Assembly (NCBI GenBank): GCA_037146995.1
Contig: JBAWWA010000002.1
Coordinates: 1,955 to 65,954, forward strand
Direction of reading: 5' to 3'
Length of the DNA stretch: 64,000 bases
Source: a bacterium
Lineage (GTDB): Bacteria > Patescibacteriota > Patescibacteriia > Patescibacteriales > GWE2-39-37
Shown: in pieces, positions 32,397 to 42,165 of the stretch
Position numbering within the stretch: position 1 is the first letter of the stretch
Layout of the letters: every line of letters begins with the position of its first letter
Program-made: the position numbers and the translations under genes
Notes under the pieces: generated by a model
What the model saw: the letters and a program-made list of their open reading frames with translations, nothing else
Database searches by the model: none
Told to the model about the DNA's origin: nothing

Positions 32397-33515
32397 ATGA
32401 AAAACACGAATGGAAAATTTATTGTCATAGATGGTACCGATGGCTCTGGCAAAACCACTCAACTTGAATTATTGGCAAGCAGATTAAAAAGCCTGGGTTA
32501 TAAGGTAGAGTTAGCAGACTTCCCTCAATACAATAACAAGTCAGCCGGTCTGGTTGAGGAATATTTATCGGGCAAATATGGGAGCGCTGATGAAGTTGGA
32601 CCATATATTGCCTCAGTTTTTTATGCCGTCGATCGTTTTGACGCCAGCTTTAAAATCAGAGAATGGCTCAAGAGCGGAGCCATTGTTTTATCCAATCGCT
32701 ATGTTGCCGCCAATATGGGCCACCAAGGAGGTAAAATTTCCAACCCCCTTGAGAGAAAAGCCTATTTTGATTGGCTATACAAACTCGAGTTCGAAATGTT
32801 CAACCTGCCCCAGCCAGACCTAAACTTAATTTTACATGTTCCCGCCAGGGTGGCTGCCGAAATGGCCGCCGCCAGAACTCGAATTGATTGGTCGGGCAAG
32901 ACGGCAGACATTCACGAAGACAATCTCTCACACCTCATTAATGCCGAGCAAACGTATTTAGAAATAGCCGAAGGCTTTCCAAATTTTAAATTAGTCTCCT
33001 GCGCACAGGATAATCTAATAAAATCAAAAGAAGAGATAAATGACCTCATTTGGTCAGAAATCAATCAATTAATCAACCCAAACGCCGAACCAGAATATAT
33101 CGATATCGAAATAATCAATCAACAAGGGAAACTACCAACAAGAGGCAACGAAAACGACGCTGGTCTGGACTTATATAGTGCCGATTACTACACACTTCTG
33201 CCAGGCGATCGAGCTATAATCTCAACTGGTATTAAGATTGCCATACCAAATGGCTACACAGGCTTGATCTGGGATAAAAGTAGCGTATCTAGTTGCGGTA
33301 TCAAAGTACTAGGCGGAGTCATAGATGCTGGCTATCGCGGTGAAATAAAAATCGGTCTCATTAATTTGAGCCGCGAGCCATATCTAATAAGCTCTAGCCA
33401 AAAAATAGCACAAATCTTAATTCAAAAAATAAGTCTACCAAAAGTCAGGACAAATAAAATCAACGACAATACCTCGCGCGGTACAAATGGTTATGGTAGC
33501 ACTGGTATGTATTAA
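32397..33515 (+). CDS. bifunctional thymidylate kinase / dUTP pyrophosphatase fusion protein
   Basis: N-terminal Tmk P-loop IVIDGTDGSGKTTQ with DRF/LID. C-terminal dUTPase motifs RGNENDAGLDLYSA, GYRGEI and a terminal Gly-rich tail. Confidence 0.75.
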   Translation: MKNTNGKFIVIDGTDGSGKTTQLELLASRLKSLGYKVELADFPQYNNKSAGLVEEYLSGKYGSADEVGPYIASVFYAVDRFDASFKIREWLKSGAIVLSNRYVAANMGHQGGKISNPLERKAYFDWLYKLEFEMFNLPQPDLNLILHVPARVAAEMAAARTRIDWSGKTADIHEDNLSHLINAEQTYLEIAEGFPNFKLVSCAQDNLIKSKEEINDLIWSEINQLINPNAEPEYIDIEIINQQGKLPTRGNENDAGLDLYSADYYTLLPGDRAIISTGIKIAIPNGYTGLIWDKSSVSSCGIKVLGGVIDAGYRGEIKIGLINLSREPYLISSSQKIAQILIQKISLPKVRTNKINDNTSRGTNGYGSTGMY

Positions 33516-33561
33516 TGATGATTATTAAGTTTTTAGCCAAGTAAAAAATTCAATCAAAAAT

Positions 33562-34962
33562 ATGAACAATTCACCTAGAATTTATGCCTTAAAAAATTTA
33601 TCCCCAGAAGTCGCCGCAGTAACTTTTGCTAAATGTTCAAGATCGGCTGAACCATTTGACGTCATAGCTAGAGAGCTAAGCGATGAGAAATCAGCCGAAT
33701 TTAACGAAAAATGGGTGGTAAATTATGGCCATGGCTCAGTAGCTGAACATGCCTTTATGAATATTGCCATCGAAAACGTTTCACTTATTGCCGTCGAAGC
33801 AATTCAGGCAAATCGTCTGGCGTCATATACCGAAAAATCATCACGCTATCAGGTTTATACCAGAGATAGAGTTTTCGTGCCAAAGGCCCTATATTACGAT
33901 TCGCGCCTCATATCTAGTTATCTAGAATCGATAAACGCTCTATATGATCTTTATGAAAAATCAATTGAACCAATCAAAGCGGCAATCGAAAAACTATACC
34001 CGAATGACAAAAATCTAAGCGAAGCAGCATATCAAGCCAGCATTAAGTCTAAATGGATAGACGTAGTACGTTTCGCTTTACCCAATACTGCTTTAGCAAA
34101 TTTAGGCATGAGTGCCAATGCCCGCACCATGGAATATGCCATAACTAAAATGCTTTCACACCCGCTAGAAGAGGTTCGTGAAATTGGCGAATCTGTTAAG
34201 CGCGTGGCACTAGAAATCACGCCTACCCTGGTTAAATACGCTGACGCTTCAAATTACTATGCCAGAAATGAAGACTTTTTATTCAAAACTTCGCTTGACC
34301 AATTGGATGCCGTAAAGCCTAGCGACTTTAATAGAGACAATCAACTATCAGTCGATCTAATCGACTACGACCCGAATGGCGAAAACAAGGTTCTAGCGGG
34401 CATGCTTTATAAATTTAAATCAATTTCTTATCGTGAAGCTTTAGAACACGTAGAAAAAATGACTGAAGCTGATAAGGCAGAGATTTTCAAAACTATTCTT
34501 GGTGATGCCAAAAATATTTACGAGAAGCCGCCACGTGAGCTCGAATATCCATACTACACCTTCGATGTTATGCTCGATCAAGGTGCCTACTACGACCTCA
34601 AGCGCAATCGGATAATGACCCAAACTCCACAAATTTTAAGCGCTGATTATGGCTACTATACACCAAAATTATTTGATCAAGTTGGCCTAGGTAACGATTA
34701 TCGCAAAGCCATGGACCAGGCGCATGAGACAGCAAGACTTATAAGCCAATATCATCCTTACGAGGCTCAATATATTACCACTAAGGCAACGGCGCGACGT
34801 TTTGTCATGAAAATGAACCTAAGAGAAGCTTTTTATTTCATTGGACTGCGCTCACGCCAAGGCGGACACTTCACCTACCGCAAAATTGGCCAACTATTAC
34901 ATCAGCAAATCCTAAAAGTCCATCCAAACTTAGCAAAATATATACTAGTGGATAATAGTTAG
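33562..34962 (+). CDS. tandem-duplicated ThyX-like (flavin-dependent thymidylate synthase family) protein with degenerate RHR motifs
   Basis: First repeat: EAIQANRLASYTEKSSRY aligns with ThyX ELVRHRIASYSQQSQRY, and the ARFALPNTALANLGMSANARTMEYAITKM helix is ThyX-like. Second repeat has LKRNRIMTQT and a NLREAFYFIGLRSRQGGH tail. Confidence 0.6.
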   Translation: MNNSPRIYALKNLSPEVAAVTFAKCSRSAEPFDVIARELSDEKSAEFNEKWVVNYGHGSVAEHAFMNIAIENVSLIAVEAIQANRLASYTEKSSRYQVYTRDRVFVPKALYYDSRLISSYLESINALYDLYEKSIEPIKAAIEKLYPNDKNLSEAAYQASIKSKWIDVVRFALPNTALANLGMSANARTMEYAITKMLSHPLEEVREIGESVKRVALEITPTLVKYADASNYYARNEDFLFKTSLDQLDAVKPSDFNRDNQLSVDLIDYDPNGENKVLAGMLYKFKSISYREALEHVEKMTEADKAEIFKTILGDAKNIYEKPPRELEYPYYTFDVMLDQGAYYDLKRNRIMTQTPQILSADYGYYTPKLFDQVGLGNDYRKAMDQAHETARLISQYHPYEAQYITTKATARRFVMKMNLREAFYFIGLRSRQGGHFTYRKIGQLLHQQILKVHPNLAKYILVDNS

Positions 34963-35036
34963 GCCATTGACTTAAATCATTGTTAGTTATAAATTATATT
35001 AACCATCGTACATTCTAACTACTGGAGGTAATTATC

Positions 35037-35273
35037 ATGAAACAACTTAGTAGCATGATAATTAGGGCTAAGATTTTTTGTGCTGTCTCAATGTTGCTAG
35101 TTGGTTATAATTTAGTATCATTACTTCTGTTCAATTTAACCACGGAGCAAACTGCTGAATTTGTCTTAAAAGGACAAATCATGACGTTTTACTTTTTTAT
35201 AGCAAATATTTGGCATGATTTCCTGCTATTTAAAGTCAAACCCCGAATTTGCCAAGATAAATGGAGTGAATAA
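35037..35273 (+). CDS. small membrane protein (78 aa)
   Basis: Two hydrophobic helices. ORF only. Confidence 0.35.
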   Translation: MKQLSSMIIRAKIFCAVSMLLVGYNLVSLLLFNLTTEQTAEFVLKGQIMTFYFFIANIWHDFLLFKVKPRICQDKWSE

Positions 35274-35521
35274 TGAAACCAGGCCCTGCGTTCGTCCTTA
35301 TTAGCTTAATAATATTGCGCCTACTCTCAGTTGTCATTTTTTTCACCATTTTTGCTATGTTGATTATACTAGCCTCAGATACTCTGCCGCCAAACTATAT
35401 TAAACATATTTACAAATTTGGGACAAGCCTTAGTCATTTTTTCTTTGCTCTTGGCATAACAATTGAATGCTTAAATTTAGTACTCAAGTCACATGCAAAT
35501 AATCACAAAAACCGCGTTTAA
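35273..35521 (+). CDS. small membrane protein (82 aa)
   Basis: ATGA overlap with the upstream ORF. Two hydrophobic helices. Stop embedded in a terminator hairpin (35508-35536). Confidence 0.35.
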   Translation: MKPGPAFVLISLIILRLLSVVIFFTIFAMLIILASDTLPPNYIKHIYKFGTSLSHFFFALGITIECLNLVLKSHANNHKNRV

Positions 35522-35628
35522 AAGCGGTTTTATTTTAGCCAAAAACTTGATTTTTGCAGCCAAATTAGCTATTATTGGGATATAAATATTAAATTTACTA
35601 GAGATCTCTAGAGTAAAACTATCTAAAA

Positions 35629-37137
35629 ATGACTGATAAATACGATATCATAATCGGCCTAGAAATACATGCTGAATTAAAAACAAAGTCAAAAATGTTT
35701 TGTCGCTGTAATAATGACTCGCATTTAGCTGAGCCGAATTTAAATACCTGTCCAATCTGCCTTGCTCATCCTGGAACATTGCCGGTGCCCAATAAACAAG
35801 CCATAGAATGGACTATCTTGGTTGGACTAGCATTGAACGGTCAAATAAATTATTTATCCAAATTTGATCGAAAAAACTATTTTTATCCAGACTTACCAAA
35901 GGGCTACCAAATATCACAATTCGACTTGCCCTTTGTCTATAAGGGTGAGTTAGAAGTTGATGGAGAAATGATTGAGGTAACCAGAATCCATCTCGAAGAA
36001 GATACTGGAAAATTAAGCCACCCGGCTGGTAAGCCATATTCCCTAGTTGATTACAATCGTGCCGGCACGCCATTAATGGAGCTAGTGACCGAGCCCACTA
36101 TACATAATGCACAAACGGCAAAAAAATTTTGTCAAAACTATCAACAGATTTTACGTTATCTAGGCGTCTCGAATGCAGATATGGAAAAAGGTGAGATGCG
36201 CTGCGAAGCCAATGTCTCAATCCAGGAAAAGGGTAAGTGGAAATATGAAGCTGGTCTTATTATGCCGATTGGTGACTATAAACTAAACCCTAAAGTTGAA
36301 TTGAAAAATATTAACTCATTTAAAGCAGTCGAAAAAGCAATCGAATATGAGGTAAAGCGTCAAATTTTAGCACTAGTAGAGGGTGAAAAGCTTGTACAAG
36401 AAACCAGAGGCTGGAATGAGGACAAGGGTCAGACAATTCGTCAACGCATCAAAGAAACCTCGGCAGATTATCGCTACTTCCCTGACCCAGACATACCACC
36501 TATAAATATTACCCCAGAAGTTATAGCCGAAATAAAAAACATGCTGGTTGAGTTACCAATCGCCAAAAAGGCCAGATTCATGTCTGAGTATAATTTAAAT
36601 GAAGCCGATGCTGACATTTTAGTTAGCGACAAGCAATTAGCCTCATTTACTGAACAAACAATCTCCGAGCTACACGCCTGGCTCAGTGAAAATAATCAAG
36701 ATCTTAGCGATCAAAAAGATCGTCTAGCTAAACTGACCTCAAATTGGCTAATATCTGAATTATTCAAACATCTAAAGACCACAGGCGAAACCATCGAAAA
36801 TACCAAGATCTCACCGGCTGAATTTGCCGAATTAATCGGTCTGATTTTTGATAATAAAATAAATTCATCAGCCGGACAACTAGTGCTTGAAAAAATGTAT
36901 CATCAAGGTGGTAGCGCCCATGCTTGGACCAAAGAATTGGGCCTAGAGCAAATTGAGGATGATAATCACTTAGAGGGTGTAGTTAAAGAATTAATCAATA
37001 AATTCCCCGAACAAATAGAACAGTATCGAAACGGTAAAGTGGCGGTCATTCAATTTTTAGTTGGCCAAGGCATGGCCGCCACCAAGGGCAAAGCTAATCC
37101 GGCCAAGCTACAAGAAATCTTTAAAAAATTAATTTAG
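35629..37137 (+). CDS. gatB: aminoacyl-tRNA amidotransferase subunit B
   Basis: N-terminal DIIIGLEIHAELKTKSKMFC, GatB catalytic core, C-terminal GatB/YqeY domain. Confidence 0.9.
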   Translation: MTDKYDIIIGLEIHAELKTKSKMFCRCNNDSHLAEPNLNTCPICLAHPGTLPVPNKQAIEWTILVGLALNGQINYLSKFDRKNYFYPDLPKGYQISQFDLPFVYKGELEVDGEMIEVTRIHLEEDTGKLSHPAGKPYSLVDYNRAGTPLMELVTEPTIHNAQTAKKFCQNYQQILRYLGVSNADMEKGEMRCEANVSIQEKGKWKYEAGLIMPIGDYKLNPKVELKNINSFKAVEKAIEYEVKRQILALVEGEKLVQETRGWNEDKGQTIRQRIKETSADYRYFPDPDIPPINITPEVIAEIKNMLVELPIAKKARFMSEYNLNEADADILVSDKQLASFTEQTISELHAWLSENNQDLSDQKDRLAKLTSNWLISELFKHLKTTGETIENTKISPAEFAELIGLIFDNKINSSAGQLVLEKMYHQGGSAHAWTKELGLEQIEDDNHLEGVVKELINKFPEQIEQYRNGKVAVIQFLVGQGMAATKGKANPAKLQEIFKKLI

Positions 37138-37164
37138 AATTCATATTAACTCTAGTCTAATAAA

Positions 37165-37689
37165 ATGAGTACATCAATCGACAATAAAGTTACAGATGAG
37201 GCCTCACTTGGCGCTGACAAATTGAAAAAATTAACCAAAGGAAACGTCCTAAAAATGCAGATTAAGGCCATAATCAAAGGTAATATTCCAGGCAAGGAAA
37301 ATCCCAGTCTAACTGAACGCTCTAATTACGCCAAAGAAGTTTTAAGCGATGAAGCTTTTAAGCAATTTACTGAAGAGCTAGGCAAAGAAACCAGACTGGA
37401 AAGTGCCACGCAAATTCTCGAAGATAAAAAGAATCTTGAAAACCTTCTAGTCAATGTCGACCCAATTATTAAGGAAATAGTTTATAATGTCTTATCTGGC
37501 AATGAATACATTCAGATTATTGCTGCCGGTAAAGACACAGCCGTCATGAATGGTATCACTAAAATTGCCAAAAAATACCAAGGCTCTGACATTATTCTCG
37601 AGGGTAAAGAACAACAACTTAGAGACGCTATAAAATCAGAGATGGAAAGAATTATGAATCAAGAAAAACCAGAACAAATGGCCGCTTAA
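37165..37689 (+). CDS. hypothetical protein (174 aa)
   Basis: ORF tightly following gatB. No recognised motif. Confidence 0.4.
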   Translation: MSTSIDNKVTDEASLGADKLKKLTKGNVLKMQIKAIIKGNIPGKENPSLTERSNYAKEVLSDEAFKQFTEELGKETRLESATQILEDKKNLENLLVNVDPIIKEIVYNVLSGNEYIQIIAAGKDTAVMNGITKIAKKYQGSDIILEGKEQQLRDAIKSEMERIMNQEKPEQMAA

Positions 37690-37701
37690 AATAAAAAAAT
37701 A

Positions 37702-37726
37702 GGAACACTTCATGTGTTCCCTTTTT
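37702..37726. terminator. bidirectional terminator
   Basis: GGAACAC-ttcat-GTGTTCC then TTTTT, preceded by A-run. Between convergent genes. Confidence 0.6.
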
Positions 37727-37728
37727 AA

Positions 37729-38097
37729 TTATGCCGGTAAAAAAGCATTAATAATAACGGCAATAATATTTTTAGCTTGACGACTAAAATCGAAAATTTT
37801 CATTTCAATGTCAAACACCACCATTGCCTCGATCAAATTGCTTTTTAAGGCAAAGACCCTTTTTCTTTCTTGAAAAAAATCAGCTTTCTGTCTCGCCCGA
37901 GTCAAGCGATCGTTTGACACATTTTTTAATGGAATGCCCTCAAAGGCCATCAAAATAGAGTCATACTCCCGTCTTGTAAGTCGACCTGACTTCAACTGTT
38001 CTTCGAGATAATTATATATCACGAAGTTTTCTTGGCAAATGCCGCATGTAGTTATACTCAAAACCAAATTGATCACCCCCAGTGCTTTAAAGTTCAA
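37729..38097 (-). CDS. hypothetical protein (122 aa)
   Basis: ORF only. Confidence 0.35.
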   Translation of the reverse strand: MNFKALGVINLVLSITTCGICQENFVIYNYLEEQLKSGRLTRREYDSILMAFEGIPLKNVSNDRLTRARQKADFFQERKRVFALKSNLIEAMVVFDIEMKIFDFSRQAKNIIAVIINAFLPA

Positions 38098-38192
38098 TTT
38101 TGCCCGCTAGGGCAAGGCCCCTTGGGGGTTATTTGCAAACTAGCACCTAAGGCATAAAAAGTCAAGGCTAAATGATACTTTTAATGCTAATA

Positions 38193-39122
38193 TTAGGTAT
38201 TATTAGCAAATTCCTTAATCAATTTTATCGCTTCCGCCTCATCCTTGATCCAAAAAATCTTTTGCCCTTGTTTTTCCCAACGCTTAAACCAAGTGATCTG
38301 GCGTTTAGCAAATTGCCGAATCGCAATATTTAAACGCTCAATTAATTCCTCATAAGTAAATTTTTCCTCGAGATATTCAGTAATAAAACGATACTCTAGG
38401 CCAAATGCCTTTAGACGTTCGTCACTAACTCCTTGTCGGCGTAAACCCTCAACCTCACCGACCATATCTTCGTCTTCAAGTCGTGTTACTAGCCGTCTCT
38501 TAATCTTAGCTTCCATGATTTCCCTATCCGGCATGATCCCGATAATCAAGCAATCATATTTTTCTGGGTGGCTACCAATAGACTGAGACGCGTTTCCCTC
38601 AAGGTCTTGCAGTTCTATATATCTTATCAATCTGCGTTTATTATTCTTGTCACTGTTATTAAGTCTTTCTGCAAAGACTTTATTTTTTTGCGTTAGCAAC
38701 TCAAATAATTCTTCTTTAGCTTTTAATTCAAGATTCGCCCTTAAGGCTTTGTCGGGGCCATCATTTACTGCTAATAAAAAATTTTCAACCACCGCCTGCA
38801 AATACAAACCTGATCCACCAACCAACATCGGGACCCGACCTCGAGCCACGATTTCTTTTATTGCAGAGTCAGCCTGATTTTTAAAATCAGCCAAGGTGAA
38901 TTGAGCTTGAGGATCAACAACATCTATTAAGTGATGTTTAATCTCTTTGTATTCATCAAGGTCCTTGCCCGTACCAATATCCATGCCTCGATAAACCTGT
39001 CTCGAATCTGCCGAGACGATTTCGGCATTAAATTGGCCAGCCAAGGTTACTGCCAGCTTGGTCTTACCACTCGCTGTCGGACCAAGAATCACAATTAATT
39101 TTATTTTTTTATCTAACGCCAT
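38193..39122 (-). CDS. miaA: tRNA dimethylallyltransferase
   Basis: P-loop ILGPTASGKT, DSRQVYRGMDIGT motif. 309 aa. Confidence 0.9.
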   Translation of the reverse strand: MALDKKIKLIVILGPTASGKTKLAVTLAGQFNAEIVSADSRQVYRGMDIGTGKDLDEYKEIKHHLIDVVDPQAQFTLADFKNQADSAIKEIVARGRVPMLVGGSGLYLQAVVENFLLAVNDGPDKALRANLELKAKEELFELLTQKNKVFAERLNNSDKNNKRRLIRYIELQDLEGNASQSIGSHPEKYDCLIIGIMPDREIMEAKIKRRLVTRLEDEDMVGEVEGLRRQGVSDERLKAFGLEYRFITEYLEEKFTYEELIERLNIAIRQFAKRQITWFKRWEKQGQKIFWIKDEAEAIKLIKEFANNT

Positions 39123-39143
39123 TTAATTTACTCTAAAGTCTTG

Positions 39144-40436
39144 TTAGTATTCTACGATTTCACCATCCATGCCGAAGTCACGAGCCTCAATAATTTTAAC
39201 GTCAACAAAACGACCTACAATATTTTCTTTAGGCGTGTTAATTATTTTAACGAAAGTATTATCATTACTTCGTCCATAATAGCTACCCTTACTCTTTGAG
39301 TCAACCAAAACCCTAACGACTTGTCCTAAATATTTTTGATGATTCATGGCAGCACCCGGCCTCATAATATTCATTAAAATCTCCTCACGTTTACGTTTCT
39401 CTTTTTGAGTTACGTCATCTCTTAACTTGAATGCTGCGGTAAATGGTCGCGGACTATATTTACCTAGATAAATATTATCAAAGGCCGCCCATTCAACTAG
39501 CTTCACCGTATCAGCAAATTGCTCATCCGACTCACCAGGAAAGCCGACAATAATATCCGTGGTAATGCTCACATTTTTAATTCGCTCACGAATTTTTGAT
39601 ATTAAGTCACGATAATGTTCGATGGTATACTTACGATTCATCCGTTCGAGTATTTCGTTGTTACCAGCCTGCACTGGCAGATGAATATGCTTGCAAACCT
39701 TATCACACTCAGCGACTGCCGTTATTAATTCATCGGACATGTCTTTGGGATGACTAGAAACGAAACGAATCCAAAAATCTCCAGGTATCGCGTTAACCAA
39801 GCGCAGAAGCCCTGGAAACATAATTACCTTGCCATCCTCACTTTTATAACTATTAACATTTTGTGCGATTAAATTTATCTCCTTTATGCCAGCCTCAATC
39901 GCCCTACTAACTTCAGTTAATATTTCCTCGGCACTGCGATAAGTTTCCCGACCACGAGCGTATGGCACCACACAATAAGTGCAAAAATTATCACAACCTG
40001 TGCCTATCGGGATCTGGACAGATATTTTAGAATTATACTTTGGGGCAATTTTTAGATAACTGTCAGGTAGTACGACCTCTTTAATTTTCAAAAACTCTCC
40101 CAACTTCGTCATGTCCTTGATCGGTAACCACAAATCAACTTGTTTCATTCTGCGCTGCACATCACTACGACCAGAAACACAACCAGTTATTACGACTTTT
40201 ACTCGTGGATTGTCTTTTTTTAATTGGGGCACCAAACCGTAGATCCTACTTTCAGAAGTCTGCTTAACTCCGCAAGTATTTATGGTCACCAAATCCGCCT
40301 CAGCCCTCGCCTTAACTTCTTGATAGCCTAAGCTATCCAAAAAGCTCGCCAGCCTCTCGGAATCCGCAAAATTCATGGCACAGCCAATTGTTATAATGTG
40401 ATATAACTTATTCATCGAATTTTTAACCTCTCTCAC
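39144..40436 (-). CDS. miaB: radical-SAM methylthiotransferase (tRNA i6A37 2-methylthiolation MiaB-type)
   Basis: N-terminal UPF0004 Cys triad (C..C..C), radical SAM CDNFCTYC, C-terminal TRAM domain. Adjacent to miaA. Confidence 0.8.
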   Translation of the reverse strand: MREVKNSMNKLYHIITIGCAMNFADSERLASFLDSLGYQEVKARAEADLVTINTCGVKQTSESRIYGLVPQLKKDNPRVKVVITGCVSGRSDVQRRMKQVDLWLPIKDMTKLGEFLKIKEVVLPDSYLKIAPKYNSKISVQIPIGTGCDNFCTYCVVPYARGRETYRSAEEILTEVSRAIEAGIKEINLIAQNVNSYKSEDGKVIMFPGLLRLVNAIPGDFWIRFVSSHPKDMSDELITAVAECDKVCKHIHLPVQAGNNEILERMNRKYTIEHYRDLISKIRERIKNVSITTDIIVGFPGESDEQFADTVKLVEWAAFDNIYLGKYSPRPFTAAFKLRDDVTQKEKRKREEILMNIMRPGAAMNHQKYLGQVVRVLVDSKSKGSYYGRSNDNTFVKIINTPKENIVGRFVDVKIIEARDFGMDGEIVEY

Positions 40437-42159
40437 TGATTAATTTTGTGATTTCAGCAAAGAATGATTTTTTATTAACACTCCGCATTTCACGGCTTCC
40501 TCGATCTCGAACGATCAAATCCTCAGATGACATCTCCTTGTCACCAATTACTAAGATATAAGGCACTTTTTCGTTAACTGCCTTACGCGTCTTGTTGCCG
40601 ACTGTTTCATTTTTATCATCAACTTCCGTGCGGATACCTTTACTCTTGAATTCTTTTGCTAATTCATGGCAATAATCATGATGAGATTCGCCAACTGATA
40701 AAATTTTGACTTGCACTGGAGCAAGCCAGACTGGAAAAGCGCCAGCAAAATGCTCGATGATAATACCAAAAAATCTCTCCATGGAACCTAAAATGGCCCG
40801 ATGTATAACAACGGGTGTCTTAGCCTTACCCTGCTCATCAATATATTCAAGTTCAAAACGCTGTGGCAATTGATAATCAAGCTGAATAGTGGCCAGCTGC
40901 CATTGGCGACCAATCACATCCTTAACCTTGACATCGATTTTCGGTCCATAAAATGCCCCGTCACCTTCATTTATCTTATAACTCAAACTTGCCTTTGCCA
41001 GAGCTGCTTTCAAAGAATTCTCTGCCTCATCCCAAGTAGCACGTTCGCCAAGAAAATTATCCGGACGAGTTGAGAGATGTATTTCGTCGATAGCTAGACC
41101 GAATATCTCATAAATACTCTTGATTTTCTCAAGCAATGTCAATATCTCATCAAAAATTTGATCCTCGCGAGCAAAGATATGTGTATCATCTTGTGACAGA
41201 CTTCGAACTCGAGTCAGGCCTTGTAATGTGCCTGATTTTTCATTGCGATAAAGCGTGGTAGCCTCAGCGATCCGAAGAGGTAATTCTTTATATGAATGGA
41301 TATCGCGCTTGAATATCAGCATATGAGCCGGACAGTTCATCGGCTTAACTCCCAAGTCCATATTGTCTTCAGCATGGTGCATACAAAACATATCATCCTT
41401 GTAATGATCCCAGTGCCCGGAAATTTTCCACAGTTCAGAGTTTAAAATCTGTGGCGTTCTGACTTCACGATAACCGTCACCCCACGACAGCTCCCTCACA
41501 AATTTTGTAAGCTCGTTGTATACAATCATGCCATTCGGCAAAAAGAACGGCATGCCTGGAGCCACCTCATGCATCATAAAGAGATCAAGCTCCTTGCCTA
41601 ATTTACGATGATCTCTTTTTTGCGCCTCCTCTAATTGATACAGATACTCATCGAGCCCAGCCTTATCAGCAAATGCTACACCATAAATTCGAGTCAACAT
41701 CTTGTTTTTTTCATCACCTCGCCAATAGGCGCCAGCTAGCTTCATGAGTTTAAAGCTGCCAGGTTTAATTTTGTTGGTATTTTCGAGATGTGGTCCACGA
41801 CATAAATCTGTAAACCCTCCAGTCGCATAAAAGCTGACTGTCGCTTCACCGGCATTTTTTAAATCCTCTATTAATTCTTGTTTGTATGTTTGCTCCTCAG
41901 TTTTTGCCAGCGCGATTGCTTCATCTATTATTAGATCACTGCGCTCAAATTTTAAATTTTGCTTGATCAGATGACTCATTTTTTTTTCAATTTTTACCAA
42001 ATCATCATCATTAACCTTAAGATCGCCAAAATCAATATCATAATAAAAGCCATTGTCCACACTTGGACCAATTGCAAATTTTACCGTCGGATATAATTCC
42101 TTAATTGCAGCTGCCATGATATGTGACAATGAATGTCGTAATATTTCGAGATTTTCCAT
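40423..42159 (-). CDS. thrS: threonyl-tRNA synthetase (lacking N-terminal TGS domain)
   Basis: Editing-domain HSLSHIM, class II motifs, zinc-binding catalytic core and C-terminal anticodon-binding domain. 578 aa versus about 640 aa canonical. Confidence 0.85.
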   Translation of the reverse strand: MENLEILRHSLSHIMAAAIKELYPTVKFAIGPSVDNGFYYDIDFGDLKVNDDDLVKIEKKMSHLIKQNLKFERSDLIIDEAIALAKTEEQTYKQELIEDLKNAGEATVSFYATGGFTDLCRGPHLENTNKIKPGSFKLMKLAGAYWRGDEKNKMLTRIYGVAFADKAGLDEYLYQLEEAQKRDHRKLGKELDLFMMHEVAPGMPFFLPNGMIVYNELTKFVRELSWGDGYREVRTPQILNSELWKISGHWDHYKDDMFCMHHAEDNMDLGVKPMNCPAHMLIFKRDIHSYKELPLRIAEATTLYRNEKSGTLQGLTRVRSLSQDDTHIFAREDQIFDEILTLLEKIKSIYEIFGLAIDEIHLSTRPDNFLGERATWDEAENSLKAALAKASLSYKINEGDGAFYGPKIDVKVKDVIGRQWQLATIQLDYQLPQRFELEYIDEQGKAKTPVVIHRAILGSMERFFGIIIEHFAGAFPVWLAPVQVKILSVGESHHDYCHELAKEFKSKGIRTEVDDKNETVGNKTRKAVNEKVPYILVIGDKEMSSEDLIVRDRGSREMRSVNKKSFFAEITKLISERG

Positions 42160-42165
42160 ATTATT

